64,000 nucleotides of DNA from Trichormus sp. ATA11-4-KO1 (GTDB lineage Bacteria; Cyanobacteriota; Cyanobacteriia; Cyanobacteriales; Nostocaceae), in the NCBI GenBank assembly GCA_019358915.1, contig JAHHIM010000004.1, positions 96,001-160,000 of the forward strand, read 5' to 3'. Each line of letters opens with the position of its first letter. The stretch's first letter is position 1. Made by a program: the position numbers and the translations under genes. The notes beneath the pieces were generated by a model. It was not told the origin of the DNA. It did no database searches and saw only the letters and a program-made list of their open reading frames with translations. Positions 19,603 to 30,737 of the stretch are shown piece by piece.

Positions 19603-20004
19603 ATGAATGGATCAAACCGATTAGCTAAAAAATCCTTGCCTACATCCCAGCAAGCAGAAAATTCTCACAGTCATAATACAGACTACGAGTATACAGATGA
19701 TACTCATGGACAGGGAAAATCGGCTCATCCTCACGTTCATAGTGAAGAGTCTTTACGGCGAATTGTTAATCGGCTGTCACGGATAGAAGGTCATGTTCGC
19801 GGTATTAAGACAATGGTGCAGCAAAATAGCCCTTGTCCTGATGTTTTATTACAGATTGCAGCCGTGCGAGGCGCGTTGGATAGGGTAGCAAGAATTGTTT
19901 TGGATGAACATTTAACAGAGTGTATTGCTAGAGCGGCTCAAGAAGGCAATATGGAAGTGGAAATTGAACAGTTAAAAGCAGCTTTAGATCGGTTTTTGCC
20001 CTAG
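19603..20004 (+). CDS. inrS: CsoR/RcnR-family metal-sensing repressor (InrS-like)
   Basis: His-rich N-terminus, NRLSRIEGHVRGI, C.DVLLQIAAVRGAL, H...C metal ligands. Confidence 0.85.
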   Translation: MNGSNRLAKKSLPTSQQAENSHSHNTDYEYTDDTHGQGKSAHPHVHSEESLRRIVNRLSRIEGHVRGIKTMVQQNSPCPDVLLQIAAVRGALDRVARIVLDEHLTECIARAAQEGNMEVEIEQLKAALDRFLP

Positions 20005-20077
20005 ATGGGGATAAGGGGATAGGGGGATGGGGGGACAAGGAGACAAGGGGATAAGAACAAAATACTCCCTTACTCCC

Positions 20078-20250
20078 CAGGGCTGTTTCATTCGCTTGTG
20101 TTGGAGATTTGTCAAGAGGATAATCTCACGCAAAGGCGCAAAGACGCAAAGAAAAATCAGGTATTTCGGACTGAAGATGCCAAAATTTTCGGTCTTAATT
20201 GTGGATTTGCCCTTGCAATTTTAACCCTTTTAGGGAACGAATCAGCCCTG
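20078..20250. mobile_element. 173-bp MITE with 11-bp target-site duplication
   Basis: TIR CAGGGCTGTTTCATTC / GAACGAATCAGCCCTG (14/16); CCCTTACTCCC on both sides (20067-20077, 20251-20261). Confidence 0.8.
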
Positions 20251-20275
20251 CCCTTACTCCCTACTCCCTACTTAC

Positions 20276-21406
20276 CTAATAAGAACAAGCGATCGCTAGT
20301 TCGGCATGTTGCAGTAGTGTATTCTTGTCAAGAGCATGGATGATATATTGAGGCGTGACTGCTAGTAGTTTCTCAATTCTGTTTCTCGCTGCTGCTACTA
20401 CTGATTCATCCAAGTTTCCCTGGCTGAGAGAATTGGCAAAATCTTCAGCTATCTGATAGGTACGTTCAATAGATGAAGAATTGATATTACGCGAGACAAT
20501 AAACAAGTCACAACCAGCAGAAAACGCTCTTGCTATAGTCCCACTCTCTTTAAACATATTTGAGACAGCTTTCATATCTAAGTCATCAGAGACAACTACT
20601 CCCTGAAAACCCATTTCTTCCCGGAGTATGCTCTTGAGGATAGCTGGGGAAAGTGTCGCCGGTAATTGAGGGTCGATTTTGGGAAATAGGATATGAGCTG
20701 TCATGATCAAAGGTACTTGTTCCTCAATCAGCGCTTTAAACGGGATGAGTTCGCGAATTCGCAAGTCTTCTGGAGTGAGATTAAGTATTGGTAGCTCAAT
20801 GTGAGAATCTTGGCTTGTGTCTCCATGTCCGGGGAAGTGTTTAGCACATCCCAAAATTCCCGACTCTTGAAGTCCCAGGTAATATTCACGAACGCCTTGT
20901 GCAGCAGTTTCAGGAGTCCTACCAAAAGCACGAGGCCCAATGATGGGATTTTGGGGATGGGAAAAAATATCTGCTACAGGTGCCCATGATACATTTATGC
21001 CCAGGGATTTGAGTTCTAAGGCGGTAGCTTTTGCTACTTCGCGTGCGTGCGATGGACTTCGTCCCGCCTCTCCTACGGAACGCTCCGCGAACGGCGGTCG
21101 CAACAGTAAAGCATGGGGAAAGCGAGTAATTGGTAAAGGTGTCCGAATTACACGTCCCCCTTCGTGGTCTAAAGTCATGAACATTAAGTTACGTTCAGCA
21201 TATTGTCTGATTTGGTCGTTCAAATCCTTGAAGCTTTCCAACCAAACTTCATAGGGAGTACCATCCAGAAAATTTTTAGCGAAAAATATTACCCCAACTG
21301 GTTTTAATTCATTGAGCGTCCGTTTATCGTCATCGCTTAATGTAGTACCAGATATCCCAAGTATTAAGTGGTGTCCAAAGCGCTCTAACTCTTGTGCAAC
21401 TGCCAT
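20276..21406 (-). CDS. nagZ: beta-N-acetylhexosaminidase (GH3)
   Basis: DHEGGRV, APVADI, KHFPGHGDTSQDSH, IMTAH, SDDLDM; carries a 15-aa in-frame repeat insertion. Confidence 0.92.
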   Translation of the reverse strand: MAVAQELERFGHHLILGISGTTLSDDDKRTLNELKPVGVIFFAKNFLDGTPYEVWLESFKDLNDQIRQYAERNLMFMTLDHEGGRVIRTPLPITRFPHALLLRPPFAERSVGEAGRSPSHAREVAKATALELKSLGINVSWAPVADIFSHPQNPIIGPRAFGRTPETAAQGVREYYLGLQESGILGCAKHFPGHGDTSQDSHIELPILNLTPEDLRIRELIPFKALIEEQVPLIMTAHILFPKIDPQLPATLSPAILKSILREEMGFQGVVVSDDLDMKAVSNMFKESGTIARAFSAGCDLFIVSRNINSSSIERTYQIAEDFANSLSQGNLDESVVAAARNRIEKLLAVTPQYIIHALDKNTLLQHAELAIACSY

Positions 21407-21963
21407 AGTGATTTACCTAAGGTTATGTAACAAAACAACTGGGATTTTCAAGTCGAAGAAAATCAACTTTTATCCCATACTTTTATACCAATTACCAAAA
21501 TATTGCCAACAACTAAATCTGCTAAAGGGTTGTATATCTGTATTTTCCTAACCATGTATTTGTCTTGGTTATTTTGTTATATGCTATTAAATAGCTTAAG
21601 TAATAAGGTTCAAAAATTTAGATTTTTTCTCAGTATTTGGTTAATCAGCAGGTGATTTATTGTTGCTAGCAATATCAAAGAATTAATTTCTCTGGGAGAT
21701 TTTTTTTAGTTTTCACTATCAGAAAAATTAACTTTAAGTGATTTTTTCTCTTTTGAAATATAAAGAAATCACTTTAAATCTTTAAAAAAATCTCTTACAT
21801 AAAAAGAAATTATAAACTTACTGTAATTCAGTCAATTTCTTAACCTTCATAACATAAAATTTTAATCAAGCAAGTACGCGTTTAAACTTACGCACTTACG
21901 AAGTCGTTTTCCAACACAAGCATTGATACCATTGCATCTTGCTATTTCAAGCTCAGGCGGCTT

Positions 21964-22920
21964 ATGTTTAAAGATTTGTTCAATAACTATCTGGAAAGAG
22001 ACTTTACAAAGTTTTACAATTGCTGTTATGAAAATTACAAAGGGCTAACTAAAAATCCTAGATGGCTCTTAATGCGTAAAGTTGCGCGCTTTCAGATGGG
22101 GAGAAACTTGATAATGTTTTTCTCTAAAGGCTCAACTAAATCATATTTACCATTGATTAATGAAAGTACTTCTTGCTTTGAAAGTGTGAGTGTAGATGCA
22201 GTTGTTAACGAATTAACAATATCAGGATTATGTTTAGATATAAATCTACCTGCAAATGTCGTTGAAGAAATAGTTAATTTTGCTCAAGCAAATGTTTGTT
22301 ATGGTAATCGAAAACCTGATTTGGGTTTTTATTATCATCAAAAAGAGCAAGCAGAACATAAATCTGGTAAGCACTTTTTCATGGGTAGTTATTTCAACAC
22401 GGCTTTGCTTTGCCCCGCAATTAAAAAACTGCAACATGATCCAAAAATATTAGCGATCGCCGCCAAATACTTAGATGCTCAACCAGTACACCAAGGTAAT
22501 CAGTTGTGGTGGAGTTTTGCAGGCAAAACAACATATCTGGAAAAGAGTCAAGCTGCTCAATTATTTCACTACGACATAGATGATTATCGCTTTATAAAAT
22601 TTTTCTTTTATTTAACTGATGTCGACGAGCAGAGTGGCCCTCATGCTTGTGTGCGTGGTAGTCATAAAAAGAAGAAAATTTCCCATATTTGGTTACATCA
22701 ACGGGAAACAGACCAAGATATCATCGATTATTATGGACGGGAATCTTTAGCAGTCATTTGTGGGAAAGCTGGTTTGGGATTTGTAGAAGATCCATTTTGC
22801 TTCCATAAAGGCATAACTCCTACTCATAGAGACCGCTTAATATTACAAATGGAATTTGCTACAACTGATTATCAAATGCAGCATGATCTCAAAGATCCTT
22901 CTTTATTGAAATGTATTTAG
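21964..22920 (+). CDS. PhyH-family Fe(II)/2-oxoglutarate dioxygenase
   Basis: FHYD (HxD), YLTDV...GPH..VRGSH, distal FHKG and R. Confidence 0.75.
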   Translation: MFKDLFNNYLERDFTKFYNCCYENYKGLTKNPRWLLMRKVARFQMGRNLIMFFSKGSTKSYLPLINESTSCFESVSVDAVVNELTISGLCLDINLPANVVEEIVNFAQANVCYGNRKPDLGFYYHQKEQAEHKSGKHFFMGSYFNTALLCPAIKKLQHDPKILAIAAKYLDAQPVHQGNQLWWSFAGKTTYLEKSQAAQLFHYDIDDYRFIKFFFYLTDVDEQSGPHACVRGSHKKKKISHIWLHQRETDQDIIDYYGRESLAVICGKAGLGFVEDPFCFHKGITPTHRDRLILQMEFATTDYQMQHDLKDPSLLKCI

Positions 22921-23221
22921 TAGCTTGAATGCGGAAATAAACAGACCGTTCCAAATTAATGAAACGCTTACGCTGTATTCATTTTGAATTTTGTAAAGCC
23001 CTGGCGGGCATGGCTGCGCTTACCGCGTAGCGTGCCTTGGGCTGCTATTTTGAATTTTGAATTCCGCCTTACGGTACTAGTGCCTGTGGATCTAGGTAAA
23101 ATTTCCTCCTAGAGAAGTTTTTAGATCAGCGATCGCCCAACGACTGCCAAATGTAACGGATTGCAACGTATAATGAGAACGGCAAAACGATAAAGAAATT
23201 ATTTAAAGGCAGTAAGTTTAA

Positions 23222-25577
<2,356 letters not shown>

Positions 25578-25690
25578 TTCAGATCAACGGTCAGTAGTCA
25601 TCGGTAGCTCAGACAACATAACTGACAATTGACAACTGACTGTTGACCAAACCCAAAAAATCTGCTAACATTCTTATTCGTGACCCAATT

Positions 25691-25782
25691 GGAGAGGTGG
25701 CTGAGTGGTCGAAAGCGACAGATTGCTAATCTGTTGTACGGCAGGTAACTCCGTACCGAGGGTTCGAATCCCTCCCTCTCCG
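25691..25782 (+). tRNA. tRNA-Ser(GCU)
   Basis: GGAGAGG/CCTCTCC acceptor stem, ACAGA-TTGCTAA-TCTGT anticodon arm, long variable arm, GGTTCGAATCC T-arm; CCA not encoded. Confidence 0.97.
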
Positions 25783-26248
25783 TTTTAATATTATGTATAG
25801 GTAAGTAATTCAGTTCCTATCCTAGTTTTCAGCCAACATTAGCATCATAGATACTGAAAACCTCTATAGTTTTTTCTTATTAATTAAATTAAATTGCAGA
25901 AACTTGATCTCAGTGTCCAATAATCAAGATAGATAAAAACTATCTCTAGGACATAATCATGAATAAGTTTTATAAATTACTCATGGCCACTACAGCCATG
26001 CGAATTAGGTTGACAACTAGAATAAAATGCTCTCAGTGTAAATTAGGTTAATAGCGATCTCCTAGAGTTAGTGGATTTATCAGTAATAAATTATCCAGAT
26101 AAACTAACCTCAGAGACACGAAGGACGTAAAGCAATAAGGAACTATGAAACTCCCTATTCTCTAGCATCAACATTCGATATCCTTTAAACAACCGCAACC
26201 ATGGGCAAATTAATTTTTGAGGATTAGCCCTTTCAGGGTATTGTATAA

Positions 26249-28009
26249 TTACCGAATATTCACCTCTTGTAAATGATGTTCTATCTGAAAATTCTCAACT
26301 CTAGTAGTTGAATTTGTCGGGACAAATGAATTAAAAGCAATATTTTGACCTTGAGATTTTAGACGCTGTTTTTGAGTATATTCATTCAGCTTTTCTTGAG
26401 CTTGAGCGTAAACAGAAGTATCTTGAGGAATCTTGCGGAGAAATTGCACAGCACCATGAAAGTCACCCATGGATGCTTTTTTATTAGCATTATGTAAAAA
26501 ATAGGCTGCTCGAATCTGTCGCTTCTGATTGTACTCAGCTAACTTTTGTTGAACTAAAGCACCAGCAGAACTTCCTTGAGGAATTTGACGCAGATATTCT
26601 ATAGCAGTGGAAAACTCTCTAGCTATGGCTTTTTCGTAAGCTTTAGTTAATAAATCTTGCGTTTGTACTTCCATATTAACTTGTGCTTGCTGCACTAATT
26701 TGTCTACTTTTGATTGCCAATATAAAATATCTGGCACTTGAGGTGCAACACTCAATACATCCGACCATCTACCCTCATCTAAAGCTTGTTCAGCGATGAA
26801 GTATTGTTCCGCCGCAAATTGCCATTGGTGTTGCCATTCTTCAATTACGGCTTGAGCTTCTGGATAAATATTACTGTGATTAGGAATTGATTTAGCTAAA
26901 GCTAGGGCTTTTTGCAAATCTCCAGCTTGATATTTTTCTGTAGCTTTGTATAAAGTTTCTGTTTCTGAGTAGGCTGGAGAATTATTAACTAGAGAATAGA
27001 CTCCCAATCCCATCAACAAAGAATTAGCAGCTAATCCTAGTTTCATGCTTGTCAATAATGGCGATGCTTTCTCAGACATCAAATGTTGCGAAGCATGATC
27101 ACTTGCAACCCCTACCTTTGGGTACGCATCAAACCGGGTTTCAGTAATTGGTGGTATCTGAGTTTCCCTAGTCATTTGCTTGAGTACACGCAGTACTTCA
27201 GTAGCAGATTGGAAGCGGTCTTGGAAATCATAGCGGATCATTTGGCTGAGAACCGCAGCGAGATAATCGTTAACTGGTGTGTCTTGAGAACGCCAGATAA
27301 TTTCATTAGTATCAGTATCTGCTTTTAATTGCAGTGGCTCTAGTCCTGTTAAAGCCTGAATAGCAATCATACCTAAAGCATAAATATCACTATTGGGTTG
27401 TGTTTGACCGATAAATTGCTCTGGTGGGATGTACCCCAGTGAGGTGACAGGAATGCGATAGATAGGTAACTCCCCATCTAAACCCAAATCAACTGACTGG
27501 ATTGAACCAAAATCAATTAAAACTAACTTGCCATCAATAGTACGTCTGATCAAGTTTTCTGGTTTGATATCACAATGAATAAAGCCTTGAGAGTGAATAA
27601 ATTCTAAAATTCCCAAAATATCTTCTAGCAATTCCACAACTTCGCTTTCATTCCAAAGACATCCCCAATATTGATTGATAGGCAATTCCGCAGTCAATGA
27701 GTGTCCTTCCACAAACTCTTGCACTAAGTAGAACCGCTCATGTTCTTCAAAGCAGGTAATTAATTTAGGAATTTGGGGATGGCTTCCCAGTAGATGGAGA
27801 GTTGCTGTTTCAGTGAGAAAGCATAATCTTAAGGTGTCTAAGTAGCTGGGTGAGAAACTGTTACTCTTAAGCTGTTTAATTACACATTTGGGATTTTCGG
27901 GGTAATCTCTATCTACGGCGACATATGTCTGTCCAAATACCCCTGCACCCAGGCTTTGGACGATTTGGTAACGTGCTTGTAGTACTTTACCGATCATGTG
28001 CTGGTTCAT
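26249..28009 (-). CDS. Ser/Thr protein kinase (PknA-like) with TM segment and helical C-terminal domain
   Basis: LGAGVFGQTY, VIK, HCDIKPEN, DFG, GYIPPEQ, SDIYALG. Confidence 0.92.
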   Translation of the reverse strand: MNQHMIGKVLQARYQIVQSLGAGVFGQTYVAVDRDYPENPKCVIKQLKSNSFSPSYLDTLRLCFLTETATLHLLGSHPQIPKLITCFEEHERFYLVQEFVEGHSLTAELPINQYWGCLWNESEVVELLEDILGILEFIHSQGFIHCDIKPENLIRRTIDGKLVLIDFGSIQSVDLGLDGELPIYRIPVTSLGYIPPEQFIGQTQPNSDIYALGMIAIQALTGLEPLQLKADTDTNEIIWRSQDTPVNDYLAAVLSQMIRYDFQDRFQSATEVLRVLKQMTRETQIPPITETRFDAYPKVGVASDHASQHLMSEKASPLLTSMKLGLAANSLLMGLGVYSLVNNSPAYSETETLYKATEKYQAGDLQKALALAKSIPNHSNIYPEAQAVIEEWQHQWQFAAEQYFIAEQALDEGRWSDVLSVAPQVPDILYWQSKVDKLVQQAQVNMEVQTQDLLTKAYEKAIAREFSTAIEYLRQIPQGSSAGALVQQKLAEYNQKRQIRAAYFLHNANKKASMGDFHGAVQFLRKIPQDTSVYAQAQEKLNEYTQKQRLKSQGQNIAFNSFVPTNSTTRVENFQIEHHLQEVNIR

Positions 28010-28404
28010 GAGCTGGTTACTGAGTAAGTCTTTACTATAGGTTTCCTGATATCACTAGTTTGTTCCGGAATACCTGAAAATAAATCAATGTAGCGTTAAC
28101 TTCTGGAATATAAGCTAGTTTATTTCCGTATTTTTACTCAAAAGCATTCAACTGGTTGAATACTTCAATTATATAAAAACTTAAATTACCTATAGAGTAT
28201 TAAATACAATAAGTAATTTTGCGTAAAAGATTTACCACGGTGCTTTTTTGTTTCCTTTTTCCTCACCTGTTAATAGAGTTTAGTATCCTCAATAGCAATA
28301 TGCGTTATTAGTATCAAGTTAATGAGTGGTTATAGTAATACTAGATTATTGGGTTGGGTGGAACCTAGTAAAACCCCACACATTTTATATCTCAGGAGTT
28401 CACC

Positions 28405-28848
28405 ATGACTACAACACGTATTCAAGAAATGGGAATTGTCACCACTACAATCACTGTCTCGAATTTGGTTGATGAAATTTTGGCAGAACGAGGATTTATC
28501 AAGAGCGAACAGATTCGCTCAATCACTCTTAATAATGTTTTAGTTGATACAGGGGCAACTCGTCTTTGTCTACCTACGGATATTATTATCCAGCTAGGCT
28601 TACCATTTGCTAGCGACATTGATGTTAAAACTGCCGCAGGGATTTGCAAAACAAGACTTTTCAAACGAGTGAGTCTAACAGTTGCAGGACGACAAGGTGA
28701 ATTCACTTGCACAGAATTACCAGGAGGAGAAGAACCCCTTTTGGGCTTAATTCCACTGGAAGAACTGGGATTACAACCTGATGTGATTAATCAACGGCTA
28801 ATTACACTACCAGAAACAGGCAAAGAGACTTATCATTTGATTTTGTAA
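28405..28848 (+). CDS. clan AA (retropepsin-like) aspartyl protease
   Basis: LVDTGAT catalytic motif, LLG..PLEELGL; AGGAG SD. Confidence 0.85.
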   Translation: MTTTRIQEMGIVTTTITVSNLVDEILAERGFIKSEQIRSITLNNVLVDTGATRLCLPTDIIIQLGLPFASDIDVKTAAGICKTRLFKRVSLTVAGRQGEFTCTELPGGEEPLLGLIPLEELGLQPDVINQRLITLPETGKETYHLIL

Positions 28849-28879
28849 ATTTCAGCTTTACCCATGAATCGAGGACTTA

Positions 28880-29000
28880 GTACAGATTTGCGTAAAATCG
28901 TGGCGAATTGAGGGTAGAAATTTAAACGCAAAGGGGAGACAGCGACTGTCGTGCGCAGAGGTACGCAAAGAATTCGCTACGAATTAATGAAATGTTGTAC
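28880..29000. mobile_element. MITE with TTA duplication
   Basis: GTACA...TCGTGGCGAATT / AATTCGCTACGA...TGTAC imperfect TIRs; TTA on both flanks. Confidence 0.6.
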
Positions 29001-29031
29001 TTAGCTGTAATTGCTTTAGCAATATCCTATC

Positions 29032-30582
29032 TTAACTCTTGGCTTCTTCATCATATTCAACTAGTTCAGAGTTATTTGTTAAAGGCTTCACCACCCGTGC
29101 GATCGCTTCTTGCACAAAAGCCTTAATAAATTCATCCCGACGATTCATCTTAAATTGTTGCTTGACTACCTCAGTCATGCCACCATCACCCCAATCTTGA
29201 TCATGACGAAAATATTCAATAAAACTCTTACCAGCAATTCGGGTTAAATAAGCTGCTGTCACACCTTGAATTGCCCTACCCACAATAAAAGTGGCGACAT
29301 GGAGTTGCAAAGCGGTGGATATTAATTGAATTGCACCTTTGACTATCCCCAAACTAGCGATAGTTTTAGCTAAGGAAAGGGCTAACTCTTTTCCCCGTTC
29401 CATATTCAGTTCACAGCCGTATACCCGACCAATTTCTACGACCATTTGCGCATTAACGGCAGCTGTTGCTAGTAAATCTACCACTGGTAGAGGCGTGACT
29501 GATACCACTCCAGCACCAATCCATTGAAATCGTTCGACAATTTTGTCAGCTTGGCGGCGACGTTGAGCATCAATGAGATTTCGCGCTTCTTCTCCTAGGC
29601 GTAGAGATTGCAAGAGAATGTTATCTGCGACTAAATCTTCACCTTCAGCCCGTAAAATTGCCGCCATACGCCGCAGTAAAGGTGTAATATCTGGTTCTGG
29701 CTGGAAGGTTTCGCCAGTTTCTAGTTGTGCAGATTGGGGATTAGCCGCGATCGCTACTACATCATTTGGGGCAATAAATCCCCGCACCCGTTGACGTAAC
29801 CGTGCCAGAATAGACTCTTTATCTTCATCTGTGTACAAGTCAGTTTTGTTGAGAATCAGGAGCGATCGCTTGCCAATTTCTGCTAAACTGCGTAGCGGTT
29901 CATATTCAGAGCGTCGCAAGTCATTATCGACAACAAACAACAGTAAATCGGCTGAAGTTGCCAGCTCTCGCGCCAGTTGTTCTCTTTCTGTTCCCGCTAT
30001 TCCTGCTTCTAAAATCCCTGGCGTATCGGTAATTAAAATCTTGCGTTCTAATCCCTTTAACCGTAGACAATAAGTTTCCCCGGCTTGGGTAGTTCCCATT
30101 GGTGCATCTACCTGACCCACCATGCGCCCCATAATGGCATTAACTAGGGAAGTTTTACCAGCACTCCCCGTGCCAAACACCACTACTTGAATTTCCCCTC
30201 GTGCTAAATTAACTTCAATTTCGCGGGATTTACTTAATAAAGCTTGCCTTGCTACTTCATCTTGAATTTGGGCTACCTGTTGGCGCACAGCCTGAAGAGT
30301 TGTGGAAGCCGCATCAGATTTAGCAGCCGGAATTTCTGCCGGGGTAACTCGTCTTCGGCGGCGCGATCGCTTTTCCCCGGCTTGTAATACCAGCACATAG
30401 TAAACAAACCCCGCAACCAAACTGCCAATTAACAAAATCAGCAACAACAGCAGCAAATTGCCCAGCAGTGGAGAATAAGACAACTGCCAGTAAAGCCGAG
30501 AGAGGGAATCAATCAGCCACAGGCTTAACCCCAAAATGACGGTTAAACCAACAATCAGCGTGACTATGCGCGACAGAGGCAT
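29032..30582 (-). CDS. Era-like GTPase with DUF697 (YcjF family), N-terminal TM helices
   Basis: GTGSAGKTS, DTPG, NKTD motifs; TPLPVVDLL DUF697 motif. Confidence 0.88.
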   Translation of the reverse strand: MPLSRIVTLIVGLTVILGLSLWLIDSLSRLYWQLSYSPLLGNLLLLLLILLIGSLVAGFVYYVLVLQAGEKRSRRRRRVTPAEIPAAKSDAASTTLQAVRQQVAQIQDEVARQALLSKSREIEVNLARGEIQVVVFGTGSAGKTSLVNAIMGRMVGQVDAPMGTTQAGETYCLRLKGLERKILITDTPGILEAGIAGTEREQLARELATSADLLLFVVDNDLRRSEYEPLRSLAEIGKRSLLILNKTDLYTDEDKESILARLRQRVRGFIAPNDVVAIAANPQSAQLETGETFQPEPDITPLLRRMAAILRAEGEDLVADNILLQSLRLGEEARNLIDAQRRRQADKIVERFQWIGAGVVSVTPLPVVDLLATAAVNAQMVVEIGRVYGCELNMERGKELALSLAKTIASLGIVKGAIQLISTALQLHVATFIVGRAIQGVTAAYLTRIAGKSFIEYFRHDQDWGDGGMTEVVKQQFKMNRRDEFIKAFVQEAIARVVKPLTNNSELVEYDEEAKS

Positions 30583-30737
30583 GGATGGCAAGGTGAGTTA
30601 ATAGGTAATTTATAGGCTGATGCTTTTCATATTAACGTGAGTTTGACAGAACTCAACTGAAAATTAGATGATGGCAAACAAGAGGTTTTTGATAAAAGTT
30701 GACTTTGACAAGTTGATTCACAATTGGAGAGACTTAG

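Noticed and set aside
21964..22920. Fe/2OG halogenase
   Set aside because: Retains the HxD carboxylate (HYD); halogenases have HxA/G.
25691..26248. tRNA-Ser as an integration site for an island or prophage
   Set aside because: No integrase, and no duplicated tRNA 3' end seen in the window.
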